The notes below the pieces were generated by a model. That model did no database searches. It was not told where the DNA came from and saw nothing but the letters and a program-made list of their open reading frames with translations. DNA of 64,000 bases from Botryllus schlosseri (taxonomy: Eukaryota): NCBI GenBank assembly GCA_051294905.1, contig CM119372.1:27344001-27408000 (forward strand), given 5' to 3'. This document shows, piece by piece, positions 39,435 to 50,967 of this stretch; position 1 is the stretch's first letter; each line of letters starts with the position of its first letter. A program made the translations under genes and the position numbers.

Positions 39435-41465
39435 CTAGATTTCAATGAACTCGTCATTGAACATTTTGCTACTATGTAATCACGTCGCGCCCGACTGATA
39501 CAAACGTTAAAATATGCAGGTATGAACTACTGTACTTGATATTTTCTTCCGAATAATTTAAAATACGTAAGCCTTATTAACCATGCTGAATGTCTATACC
39601 CAATACAAACCGTATTTGACCACCACGAAGTCACATTTTCACGTGGGAATACACTATTGTGACGTATTTTGTACAATTAAAATCGCGTGCACCCCTGCCC
39701 CACCACCCGATATTGTCACGAGCCGTCACTCATGTCAACCACATTTTCCGTACATAAAATAATAACGAGCATATATAAATTCGAGACTTGACAACACCGG
39801 ATCTGACGCTGTCTACGGAAATCGTGTATTTCGACTAATTTCACGGTAGCACATTCGGAATGTAAATTAGGTGTAAGCTGCACTTTGTGGTACAAAATCT
39901 GGCGTGCAAACCTATTTCAGTGATGAATTGTACAGAATCCTCGCAGCAGTTGGGAACCTCTGCCATAGTGCGTTGTTTTATTGCGCTGAGATGGTATAAG
40001 TTTGTTTGACAACATTCGACATTGGAGATTAGTTCGTGTGGTTAATTTCACTGTGCGTAACAAAGCCATAACAAATTCCTAGGTTATTGTAATGGGGTTT
40101 CGGGGCTCTATCGCTATTGTCATTTGGATTTTTGGAATCATTGCGACAATAACCATTTGATTGATGCCAGTTATTACAAATCTTGAGATCGAGTCACTAT
40201 TGCAGGTGAAGATTGGCTCGTATCTGCCTCACCTGTCGTTTCGCCTAATTTGAGAAGCAAAAATATGCGCGTTGCGTAAGTTCGATTGAAAAAATGTTCA
40301 AAATTATTCATTCATAAGCATCACTAGATCAGTACCAATACCACTATTGACAGTTTTCACTATTTTCTTTTACTTACCCAGACGACAGGTGAGGCACTGC
40401 AGCAATGCGACCTACACTTAGTCCAAGTTGGACCCCGAACCCTATGTTATGGCACCATGCAGAAAATACGTTCCAAATAAATAAAATTAATCGTTTTATT
40501 TGTCCAACTTATGGCAAGCGTCTAGCATTCTGCATTTTAGGATTAACTATATGCAGTTATTGTTTAGCGTAATCTTAAAATTGAGATAGAACATTGTAGT
40601 ATATTAGCGTCAGTTGTTATCGTAGGGCCCGTGTTATCCAAAAACATTCATTACCCTATAAGCTCATTCAACGCCAATTTAGTAAATTTATTTTATTATT
40701 TATTAAAATTGGTAAATGAAAGTAAAATCCCTATCCATACAACTTGGTGGCGATGAGTTCCGTCGATCGATCTCTGTTGTTTCGACGTTTCGATACCAAT
40801 TTCGATTAAAAGTGACCGATATCGGCGCAGATTGCTACGCTTTGTTTCACTCTGTCACACTTCGCGGTAACCCGATATCGCACCACCGACAGGCGATCTT
40901 TGAACTTTTTGCGATGCGATTTTGTCCATTCTCTCGTTTTGTAAACTATATGTGAATGCCAACTTGAAGTTCCTCTCCTGGTATCGGCACATCGATTATA
41001 TCGGCTCAACCTGAAAATATTTGGTGACTCGAAACCGACTCGAAATCAGAAATTTGCTTGACTTGATTTGACTCGGGTGAAATTGAAAATTAGAGTATCT
41101 TGACTCGCGTCTGATCTTGCAAAACGTTTGAAGTCACTCATTTGAGCACTACAAATATCATGTTGTCTCAAATTGAAGTTGGACGTTTGAGAAAACATTT
41201 TGGCATTTTCTCAGAAAGCACCGCGTTCGGACTGCAGCGAAGGAATCTTGGGTTGTTGTCAGCCGATATTAATAAGGAACTGTGTTAAAATGGTTCGTTT
41301 TTCTTTGTCGTGGGAGCAACCACCAACCTAAATAACTATCTGCGCTTGCTCTTTACCATCCAATATATAACATTTATAAGAAATATTTGTTATAGATTTT
41401 CAACATGTTTGTATTGCTTAATATTTCTCTTGCCTGGGTGCAGATGAGTTCGTGAATCAGTATTC

Positions 41466-41520
41466 ATGGCGGAAGGAAGTCACTCCTCACCTGCAACAGC
41501 TCAGGAATTCTTACTCACCG
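41466..41520 (+). CDS. NLR coding exon 1 (MAEGSHSSPATAQEFLLT)
   Basis: ATGG start with an upstream in-frame stop. Strong phase-1 donor G|GTAAGA. Confidence 0.6.
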
Positions 41521-42336
41521 GTAAGATGGATTATATTTATATAAAATACAAGCACTGAATCGTAGCGCTGCTCATATCTACCAATACCAGCAATATAGAG
41601 TAGTATGGTTCCGAGCACGCATGGTACCCGTCAATGGGAGTCGGTAATGGATATTTTGGAGAGCTTCCGATACGGTTCTCGAATATCACCATTTGCCATT
41701 CGGATTCGAGCAATCACAGCAAAATACTATTGCTGGGATGGGATATTGAATAACCATCAAATTATAACATACTTACTATATATAAATATGAATCGCATCA
41801 AAGAACCCTTACGCCTGGATGTGAATGTTAAATATTCATAGATGGTGTTTGCGAATCCGCCGACCACCCATAGATCGAGCAACTTTTAGCAAATTTATTC
41901 GAAAGCAAATAAAATAGATATTCCAAAATTCACTATATCGTAACTATAGTCGGAGTCAAGAGTTGTGAATTTTATTATTATATTATTCGAATCTCATAGA
42001 AATATGTACGACTTCCTAATCCTGCTCATGACTGTATGCATTTACGCGTATCTTTTGGCGAACTGATTAGGTACAGATACGGGAATCTATTCTTTATTGG
42101 CTTATTGGTTATGTCAAATATAATTTATTGGTTGTGAAGTAGAGTACCCATATCTCAACAGGATTGGTGTATATATGCAGGAATCTGACTTGCCAAATAT
42201 ATTCCTAATATATTCAGAACCAGGTCATTTAGTGTCTGGCGTGTCCTCATTAATTAATGAACGGGGATTCCACAAAGATTCAAATTTTCTGAATTGCGCC
42301 AGATAATAATATATCCCTCGTTTCTTCCGATTACAG

Positions 42337-42453
42337 AAGCATCTACAATGTTGGCACAGGGTGGAATAAACAATCAAAACTTCACAAATTGCACCTTTCA
42401 ACTTTCTGCTCGGGACCACATTAATGAAGACTGGGATAACGACAAACTAATAG
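42337..42453 (+). CDS. NLR exon 2 carrying the N/Q-rich motif (EASTMLAQGGINNQNFTNCTFQLSARDHINEDWDNDKLI)
   Basis: Pyrimidine tract plus TTACAG acceptor and G|GTAATT donor. 117 nt, phase 1-1, open frame. Confidence 0.72.
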
Positions 42454-43194
42454 GTAATTATTATCGACTCAGACTGCAACTTGTCAAGTGAAGCCGACAA
42501 TATACTCTGTCGGAATAAAATTTTGGAGTATAGTTTTGTTGAAATATCTAGAAGCAAATCGGGGAATGGCCTAAAATAAATCATACATAAAGCTAACAAT
42601 CCGTTTCATGATTAAACCCTGGTGTCTTGAAGTAAATTATTGTGACGTGGTTCGATGTATGAGAAATATCAATTGCTTCTCGACTCGTATGGTGGTTAAA
42701 TCGTCGAATCAAATTAGAGTCCGTACGTCTAACATACTACTTTGCGCAGCATTCCGAACCATTTCGCGATACAGAAATTATACACCGACCATATTATTAT
42801 CATTCGGTCATATAATTACTATAGTTACTTCTATCTACTAATGAGACAAACGGAATACACATTTGGAAAATTTAGTTTGTTGCTTTGCATTTCTCTCATA
42901 AAACATGAGAAAAGTGGTTAGTCCATGGGTATCTCCCCCTCAAGGAGTTTTCGATTGTAAAACCATCAGAATTTCCAAGCAACTATAAAGAATCATACTC
43001 TAATGTGGAATGCCACCATTCCAAGGCTCGAAACCACTGACTAAACGTGAATCGTTTGAAGTTTAGAGGTACTGAATTCCCTATCATAAAAATGAACATA
43101 AAATTGTGTGGGCCTAAATATGCTGATATGGAAGATAGTTGTTGTAGTTGGGATATATGTTATTTCTATATTTCACCATATTAACATTCTACAG

Positions 43195-44630
43195 AGCAAT
43201 GTGAAGAGCTAGTAAACGTTGTCAACGAAAAAAACATTGCAGAAAATCTCTCGTAATGTTTTTGGTGATTTTAAACATGAAGATCTCAAAGAACCTGACT
43301 TTTGTGTCTATCCGTTACTACAAAAAATTACAGGGAAGGATTATTTTAAAGGAAGGCGTGAGAAAGTCGAAGAGAAAACGATTGAAACAAAAGTATCCCG
43401 AATTTTTGGTAGGTCATCATCAAAAATCGTGAAATGTGAAATGAGGAATGAGATAGGATTCAACGCCAGAAAATTACGCAGAACAGAATTCGTTTCATTC
43501 GAAGGAGTACTGAAGTTACTTTTGGAGCGCAAAAACTTCACTCCGTCCGATAAGAATCCAGTCACTGCTGTCGTAGCCTCGGCGGGGTCCGGCAAAACAA
43601 CTCTAATGCGAAGAATGGCGACAAAATGTCTGAGTGAATTTGGTCGACAACACGGGAAGGAATTGATCCATTATATAGAATTGAAAGACGTGAAGTTTGA
43701 GCGACGTATCAGACCATTCGAATTTTTATTTAGCGGACTCTACAACAGCGAGCAAAAGATGAAACAAACCTATCAATGGCTTTTAGACAACCAAGCAAAA
43801 GCGATTTTGTATTTCGATGGGTTTGATCAAGCGGCCTGGAGGGATCAACCAAACGATCGGAAAATATCAGATTATGATGAGGCCGATGAATCAACGATTA
43901 TGTTCAATATTCTCTCCCGAAATATACTTTCCCACGTTAAAATTGTGATATCGTCACGCGAATTCCGAGTTTCAGATCTACCTCTGGACGCGCAACCTGA
44001 TGATATAATTACACTTTCCGGATTAAAGTTGGAAGATGCGGAAAGGCTTTTCGTGCATATCATTGAAAAGAATGGAGCTAAAGCATGGGGAAATATTTGC
44101 GTATTGTCACCGAGACTGCTTAGTATCATATCTGTCCCAGTGTTTCTGATACTAACCGCTATGTTAGTGAATCATGACTCTTCAAGAATTCCCAGAACAG
44201 TTGCCGAATTGTACAATGAAATTATATACAACTTTGTGCGCGTGAAAAATATTGAAAACCAGGAGCACATCTTTGAAGTGATCGATAAACTGAAAGGTAT
44301 GGCGTTTGAGGGTATGCAGGAAGGACGAGTTGCATTTAAATACAAAGATCTCGAAAAACATAATCTTTCGTCATCTGATGCAAGCGATCTTATCTTGAAA
44401 GTTCCTGGGCAACTCCCGCGCTGCTGGCCGTCTACTGCAGGGTGACTTCAATTTTTTCTTCTGCCACCAGAGTATACACGAGTATCTTGCAGCAATCTAC
44501 GTGACGGAAATGAAACTAAGTTAAGTCACGGAGTTTAACGACGACTTTCTACACGAGAACAGATGGCGCGTGGTTCGCAGATTTGTCTACGGCTTAGTTT
44601 TCGAGGACAAGCTGTACGAAGTACATCAAG
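43195..44630 (+). CDS. NLR exon 3: NACHT NTPase with HD1/winged helix (frameshifted)
   Basis: Walker A ASAGSGKTT (43576-43602), Walker B ILYFDGFDQ, sensor-1 IVISSR and PVFL motif. After the frameshift: FFFCHQSIHEYLAA (WHD FxHxSxxEYLAA) and RWRVVRRFVYGL. Acceptor CTACAG, donor G|GTTAGC. Confidence 0.92.
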
Positions 44631-45431
44631 GTTAGCATTTCTACTATGATGGTAGATGTGAAATTCGCACGATATTGTTCACCAAATTGTACGCGGCTCG
44701 GATGCCGCCTCTATGCCGGTTGCCGATACATGCATACGGAATCGAAACCTTCGTCGTATTTCTTCAATATTCACTAGCAGTGGTTCTCAACCTTTTTGAC
44801 CCGCGGACTCAAGCTTTATATTAACGAAAAGTAGGTTTTTTGATATCTATCCTAGAGAGTGTAATACGGTATCAACAAAACAGGCAGGCACTGTTTTTCA
44901 CTCAACCCACACTTAATGAGAGCCTTGTCCTTGATTTTACTTGACAAGTTTATCGAATTCCGGAATTATGGTTGTCAATGTAGGCCTACATCTGATGTCA
45001 CGTTACGGTTGAAGTCTATTGCTATATCATACTTCTTTTGTTCACCGTCAGAGTTGAAACGCCAGATTCACACAGGTACAGGTATGTGGCCGGAAATAGC
45101 AAAAGAGTTGTTGCAGCTTGCTCCCAAAGATCTGAAAGACTATATGCTCCATCGACTGCACATTTGGCCAAATTGAGTCAAGGAAGCTTTTGTAAATATG
45201 TCTTTCCACATCTATCGGCTTGCAATTCAAGCAACTGTTCAGTAATGCCGTCCATATCTCGAGTTCTACTGATGATAGACAACTATAGATTGTTTCTGTG
45301 ATTAGCGCATGTCCCTACGATTTATAAATATCCAAATAACGTCTGTAAGGGAACAAGTCGCAATAATCAATCAACAATACTCAGCGTATATCGCGCCGGA
45401 AACGTGTGCAACTGTGCAATGTGCCTACGTG

Positions 45432-45961
45432 CAGGACCGTAACAGCACTTCGTCAGCCCCCCAAAAAACGTTGGTCTTGGGCCCCCACAGGGTTATAAAT
45501 CTAACTTCTGGGGGGCTTCGCCCCCAAACGCTCCTCTTCCAATACCTTTTTACCGCTGCTTCTCAGCGAAATATTTGTACTGTTTAGTTAGCCGGCTTGT
45601 TTCGAATGAACCAAGCGAAGCGCGAAAATATTCTATATTTCATGATTGAATCGGTCAGCATGATCGGGAATTGCATATATATTGCTGTAAACTTTTTATC
45701 ATGTCTCTGCTCGTGTAATCAGATTTACTGGTAGAGCTGAGTGAGGCGTTTTGGAAAATGATATAACTCATGCGTATTTTTTCTTGGGGGAAGGGTACCC
45801 AATAATCAAGAAAGTCGACACCATTAAATCGCGCACGGCGCGAATTTTTTTTAAAAGTTGCATAAATTTCCAAAAAAATACTCTACAATTTATGTTAATT
45901 CACGAAATAGTTTTGGCCCCCCTTCGAGCTCGGGGTTTGGGGTGAAGCAGTTACGGTCCTG
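45432..45961 (-). mobile_element. Short family-B element nested in the Buster relic
   Basis: TIR CAGGACCGTAAC / GTTACGGTCCTG. TSD CCTACGTG/CATACGAG (6/8). Confidence 0.85.
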
Positions 45962-46970
45962 CATACGAGTGTATGAAGAGCTGTCCTGGGGATTTATACC
46001 TGGCATATTCGGTATGTGAATTGTGAATAGTGAATACTCAGCATTAAATTCCGAGTCCATTCGCACTTAATTCAAGTCAATCCGACCAAAATTGTAGAGT
46101 TTATGACCATTATGACAATTTTAACAATAGGCTACCTCGGACATAAATGTGAGGCATTTTGAAAAATTCCAGTTGGCGATAACAGGGGTTTATACCTGGC
46201 ATGTTTGGTATCAAACCAGGAAGATGCTGCAGATGTGCAAAGCATACCCGTTTTGCCTGTGATACTTGCAACCAACTGGTTTGCCCAAGACACAGAAAAT
46301 CTCAGAAGAACTAATATTGCTTGCAATGTTGATCAATTCGTTGTAGCCTAGTGCTGTTTCGTTGTTCTTGCGTTTGAAATATACGTGGCGAAACATCGCT
46401 TATTGAGGTATCTCTAATATTGCTTTCAAAACTATGGTCACTGCAGTATAATTTATTAACTTGAAGGCATTTCGTATGCCCCTTATCAACAAGAGTTAAC
46501 GGCACAATAAGAAGCATATAGAAAAAGATTCAAACGAAATCCAAATTGGCAAAATTTGACGTAACAATGCAGCAATAAAAAGGAACGGTAGCTGTCCAAA
46601 GTCAGCTGTACCGGTACTACGGTAGTCATAATAAAGGGATAAGAGAGAATCAAATTATACAATGCACAGAAAACGTTACACAGACTTTTAGCGGTATATA
46701 TTAATGGAATATTTGTATACAAACTCTTTCTCCTTCTTATGGTGCCGTTAATTCTTGACAAGGGAAACCCGAAAAGCCACCGAGGTAATAAATTCTACTG
46801 CAATGAATGTAGTTCTGAAAGCACTATTCAAGTTGAGTACCGCCAGTCACATATTTGAGGTATCTATGCATTTTTATGACAGCTATTAAGGTTACTAACA
46901 TTTCAAAATGGGTATTTTGCGAATCCCTCAGCCCAATTCGCAAATCGGAATTTGACGAAACCGGACAAGG

Positions 46971-47054
46971 ACGGGGCTCATTCACTTTCGGACCAAAAAG
47001 CGATTTTCTCCGTAAGGCTGCAATGACTTTGGTCCGAAAGTGAACGAGCCCCGT
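46971..47054. repeat. 84-bp hairpin / micro-MITE
   Basis: About 27-bp arms, ACGGGGCTCATTCACTTTCGGACCAAA / TTTGGTCCGAAAGTGAACGAGCCCCGT (1 mismatch). AGG on both flanks. Confidence 0.8.
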
Positions 47055-47710
47055 AGGTCTGTCAATTACATGTTCCGAAATCATATCGGAAGTGAAAAAA
47101 AATTGGAAATTTTGACATTTCCGTGGATTTTCGACTTCTCAATCTAAAACTAAGTCCGTAGACCCTTAAATTAGGATCCATGGTCGTTTCTTAAGGTTTT
47201 ATCGCTATAAAATTATCTAAAATAATAAATTCACCATCAGACTGGCGTCTTTCCATTGAAAAACACGAGGAAATACCAGGAGGACAATCTGTCAAGGTGT
47301 GTGCCGATTAAGTTACTTAAAATTGAGTCCGCGGACTCGGGGTTGAGAAACACTGCACTAGGTAGACATAAACCGGAGTGCTCATTGTCTCATTCGTGAC
47401 GAGGTAGGAGTCTTGAGACGCTTTTCCGGGGCAGCATTGGATAAAACGAATTAACCAAGCCTTTATACCTTGGAATAAGAGTTGTGTCAAAATTTCGCTC
47501 CTGTATGAGTGTATGGCAGTGGACAAAGGTCGACAAAGTAGTGACTTTATATTGGCTGATAAAGTACTCAATTAGGGTGCCAATCGGTTAGAATCGCACT
47601 ACGCAAAGTTAAATTAAGACAACACAGGCGTGACCCGCCAGCATTGCGTTCGACCACAGTAATGATTTTGAAATTTGTGACAAAACACTGATATTTCTTT
47701 TAAACGACAG

Positions 47711-48027
47711 TGTCAAATCGGGCGGAAAAACGAGGGATCCCTGCTCGATCTATTCGTTCGCAGCTCAAGAAAAACGAGGGTCTGAAGGATAACCATAGTC
47801 GCATGGAAGTATACACAGCAATGTATGAGTCAAAAGACGACGGTTTGATAAAACTTCTTTCGTTAATCGATGTGACGGAAATTGCGTTAAGTCATGATGA
47901 AGTTCATATCGTTGGATCACTGGTTGCAAAGAGTGGTGGTCTGAATGAATTGAGTCTTGCAGAGTGTACAATCGAAGAAGAACAGTTGAGAATCATAACA
48001 AGAAATCTGGCTGATCAACAAGTTCAT
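47711..48027 (+). CDS. NLR exon 4 (HD2 and first LRR-like repeats)
   Basis: Phase-1 acceptor. Reads ...MEVYTAMYESKD...LNELSLAECTIEEEQLRII. Donor CAT|GTGAGT. Confidence 0.85.
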
Positions 48028-48525
48028 GTGAGTCTTACATAAAACGTATAGTTACGTTCAATCCAACAAGACATGTTGGTCATGAAGTATTCGCCAGGCA
48101 AGTCATTTCTTGAAACAGGCGATAAGTTTAACACCATATGACGCCATCACGGCCACCTGTTTAGTAAGTCAGACTGGGCCTCGGTGGTGTGGCACTACCA
48201 GCAGAGTCCCAAATAGATACGCATGTTTAAACGCCGTACAATTTCAAGTCCACGGTATTGAAGCGCTATTTATGTCCCTTGCATAGGAAATATTTCTCTG
48301 TCAATGGTGTGATGATAATAATAATCTTCAATTTTGACATGGTTTGATAATCAGCCCAGTCAAGTAACATTACATTGTAAGTATGACCAAGTAGACTATA
48401 CGACCTGCACAAATAACATATCAACGTGCGGTGTTTATTACTAGTAATCCAACAGTATAGAAGTGGATCACTTCCCAAAATCTTTCTCTGATGTCATCCA
48501 GTAATTGTGACCATATTCAATCCAG

Positions 48526-48627
48526 ATTGACGTGTTGGATTTCCGTTGCAACTTCTCCGCAAGAGCATTGCAATCACTTCTCCAATGTCTACGAGATCTG
48601 ACGCGACGTGGGCATTTTCGATGGAAG
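48526..48627 (+). CDS. NLR exon 5 (LRR-like, IDVLDFRCNFSARALQSLLQCL...)
   Basis: TCCAG acceptor and AAG|GTTTGT donor. 102 nt, phase 0-0. Confidence 0.75.
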
Positions 48628-48823
48628 GTTTGTTTTAGTGTATGCTGTGTTCAAGGATTTTGCGATTCTCGTCACTCGAATATGTTAGAAACAAATAATC
48701 TCATTGCTGCTACAGTAACGATCTAAATTATACGTTACCACATTCCAATAGGACTGCTATTGAAATAATTAGAATATGTATTTTTCTTATTTCGCATTAT
48801 ATATGACGGATCACTATTACCAG

Positions 48824-48931
48824 GTTATTAAACTACAAGTAGGAAGTAATCAAATCAAGTTGAAGGACAAAGCCGGGCTCACCACCATAAAAGGCTGGCT
48901 TAAAGAGGTTAAAGGAAGTTTCGATAAGACG
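48824..48931 (+). CDS. NLR exon 6 (LRR-like, VIKLQVGSNQIKL...)
   Basis: ACCAG acceptor and ACG|GTGAGA donor. 108 nt, phase 0-0. Confidence 0.75.
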
Positions 48932-49016
48932 GTGAGAATAATGAAACGAATGAAAATAAAAATAGAACGAAATTCTTACTTTCGTGTAAATTGTCTTATC
49001 ACTAATGTAAAACCCT

Positions 49017-49048
<32 letters not shown>

Positions 49049-50004
49049 ACCCTACCCTACATTGTAACAACAACACTACAGTTAACAGTGATCAGCAGAA
49101 ATACTTTACTATGCTCAGACAACAAAGCTCATGTTCAAAACCGTCACTTGTCTTGATGAGGTGGTGTATTGCGGAATACTTTTCGAGCCTACGGTGATCA
49201 AGATACCGAACCTACAGCTTTATGCCAAACAAGACGATTTGCGGGAAACCTCAAATTTCGAGTTTAAGAACGTCAGTGAAAAATAATTTCCATTCGAAAA
49301 ATGTTTTAAAATACCTTGATTTGAACTTCAAATGCACGATGAGGGTTGACTATTTCAGGGATGACATCGATCATGTGAACTACGAAATAAGGGCAGAAGA
49401 AAATTAAGTTTTAATATAAAGCGAAACAAACGTTCTTCAAGATACATCCGTATACACTCAAGCCATGAATAGTCAAATGCTCTTTTTGTCAGAAGCAGTC
49501 AATGTATCATTAACTGTCCCTCACATGAATTCACCGAACGTTGTGTTCATGCTCCTATGAACATATTCTTTCGCATCGTTGGCCTACCAACAAAACTCAA
49601 CCTTTCGAAACAACGTGGTAGATTCCTTGCTGAGCAAGAACCGTTTTATTTGAGTTCATTAAGAGTGATTACTCTCATGTTGCACAACACATAACGGTGA
49701 TCTGATAGGTGTCACTCTTTTTCATTCCCCTATATAATGATATTATTAAAGAATATAATAGAAACCACAGTTTCATGTACATCTGTAGTAGAAATGAGGA
49801 GAAAATACGAGGTACCTCTATTTGGATTTTTGAATTACCTCAATTCTGTGTATTCATTGAGTAATCATATGAATTAAAAAGCGTGTAAGATTACTTCACC
49901 TGAACCAAAGGTTATAGCAGTATGTTGCAAGGAAGTAACAAATTTCATTGTCTTGGTAAGATTATCTTATAATTCTAATCTAATGCACCATGTTGTACTT
50001 CCAG

Positions 50005-50085
50005 CTCAGTAAAATTTTGCTTGATTGCACCAAAGAGATGAGAATTGATTGGTCACTGATTGCAACTTCTGTCAAAAATAATCAG
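50005..50085 (+). CDS. NLR exon 7 (LSKILLDCTKEMRIDWSLIATSVKNNQ)
   Basis: CTTCCAG acceptor and CAG|GTAAAG donor. 81 nt, phase 0-0. Confidence 0.72.
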
Positions 50086-50148
50086 GTAAAGAAGTCTTGG
50101 TTAACGATTACGTCATATGTAGCCTGTGCTATTTCATTTTGATTCTAG

Positions 50149-50364
50149 ATTGAGCACTTGGATATTGTGGTGGATGGAGATACTTCAGCTAATGATTACA
50201 AAGTGATTATAAAACGTTTGAATGAAGTTTGTGCGCCGGGTGTTGAAATCAATATCCATTGGATGCAGTCGCGGCTCGTGACAATATCGGGTGGTGGGGC
50301 AAGGGCTGCGAGCGACTTTTATCAAGATGACGTCACAATGGCGTTTTCCAACGTAAAAAAGTAA
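50149..50364 (+). CDS. NLR terminal exon (IEHLDIVVDG...NVKK*)
   Basis: TTCTAG acceptor after a 63-nt intron. Open frame to TAA. Confidence 0.75.
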   Translation: MEHLDIVVDGDTSANDYKVIIKRLNEVCAPGVEINIHWMQSRLVTISGGGARAASDFYQDDVTMAFSNVKK

Positions 50365-50693
50365 CTTTATGATGGTCACATGAATTTCCCGACAACAGTG
50401 ATTTTAACGTAGGTGCCGCGAGAGGTTTGCCGGTGAGCCGTGACTTGAAGTGTGGTAACAAATGTTTTATTCATTTATTTTTAATCAAAGGATTATTTTA
50501 CAAAATGAACGTGAACTAAGAATCGCCCTATGCCACGAATCAAGTATCAGGTCATCCTTAGTAGCATGCGTTATGATTTCATGGTAGAGTTGGAGATTAC
50601 GCAAATCGATTGACCCTAAATTTTCTAAGCCCGTCCGAAAGTGTTTCGTACACGATCCTGGTGTGTTACGACCACTGAGCTGGTGGTTACGAC

Positions 50694-50967
50694 CAGAGAT
50701 GGGCGGATTCCAAAATTTCTGGATCCGAATCTATCCGGATCCGGCTTGCAATTGGAAATTCAGAGTCCAAAGAAATCCGGCTGGTGAATGTCCAGTTCGG
50801 AATCCGAAAAAATCCTGCCAGAACAATGCTAATTAATCATATCACAGCAAAAAAATCCGGCTAAAATCCAACCGTCACCCCAAATTCAAAATCCGGATCC
50901 AGTCCGGCCAGGTAAAAAAACATTGAAATCCTGCTCCGGCTCCAGAACCGGACTGCGGCCATCTCTG
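50694..50967. mobile_element. hAT-like MITE with ATCCGG repeats
   Basis: CAGAGATGG / CCATCTCTG. Perfect TSD GTTACGAC. Confidence 0.88.

Larger units (their letters stand above)
44778..47355 (-). mobile_element. Decayed Buster/Charlie (ZBED5/FAM200-type) hAT transposon in NLR intron 3
   Basis: TIR CAGTGGTTCTCAACC / GGTTGAGAAACACTG, with CACTAG on both flanks. Minus-strand remnants LFPATYL..CESGVSTLTV..NRLQP..DIRC (about 44985-45100) and LVASITGKTGMLCTSA (about 46230-46280). Confidence 0.8.
41466..50364 (+). pseudogene. NLR (NACHT + degenerate LRR) gene, 8 exons, disrupted in this sequence (pseudogene, null allele or assembly errors)
   Basis: Phase-consistent GT-AG model: 41466-41520, 42337-42453, 43195-44630, 47711-48027, 48526-48627, 48824-48931, 50005-50085, 50149-50364. 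This gives ~809 aa after repairing +1 frameshifts at 43228-43234 and 44407-44409 and reading through the TAA at 44522-44524. Confidence 0.8.

Noticed and set aside
43219..43221. TTG start of the 408-aa ORF as the real NLR start
   Set aside because: This is a eukaryotic gene with a good acceptor at 43194 and phase-matched upstream exons. The ORF limits are created by frameshifts.
48833..48853. LQVGSNQ as a RHIM core
   Set aside because: It falls in the LxxLxLxxN strand position of an LRR-like exon, so it is better explained as LRR.
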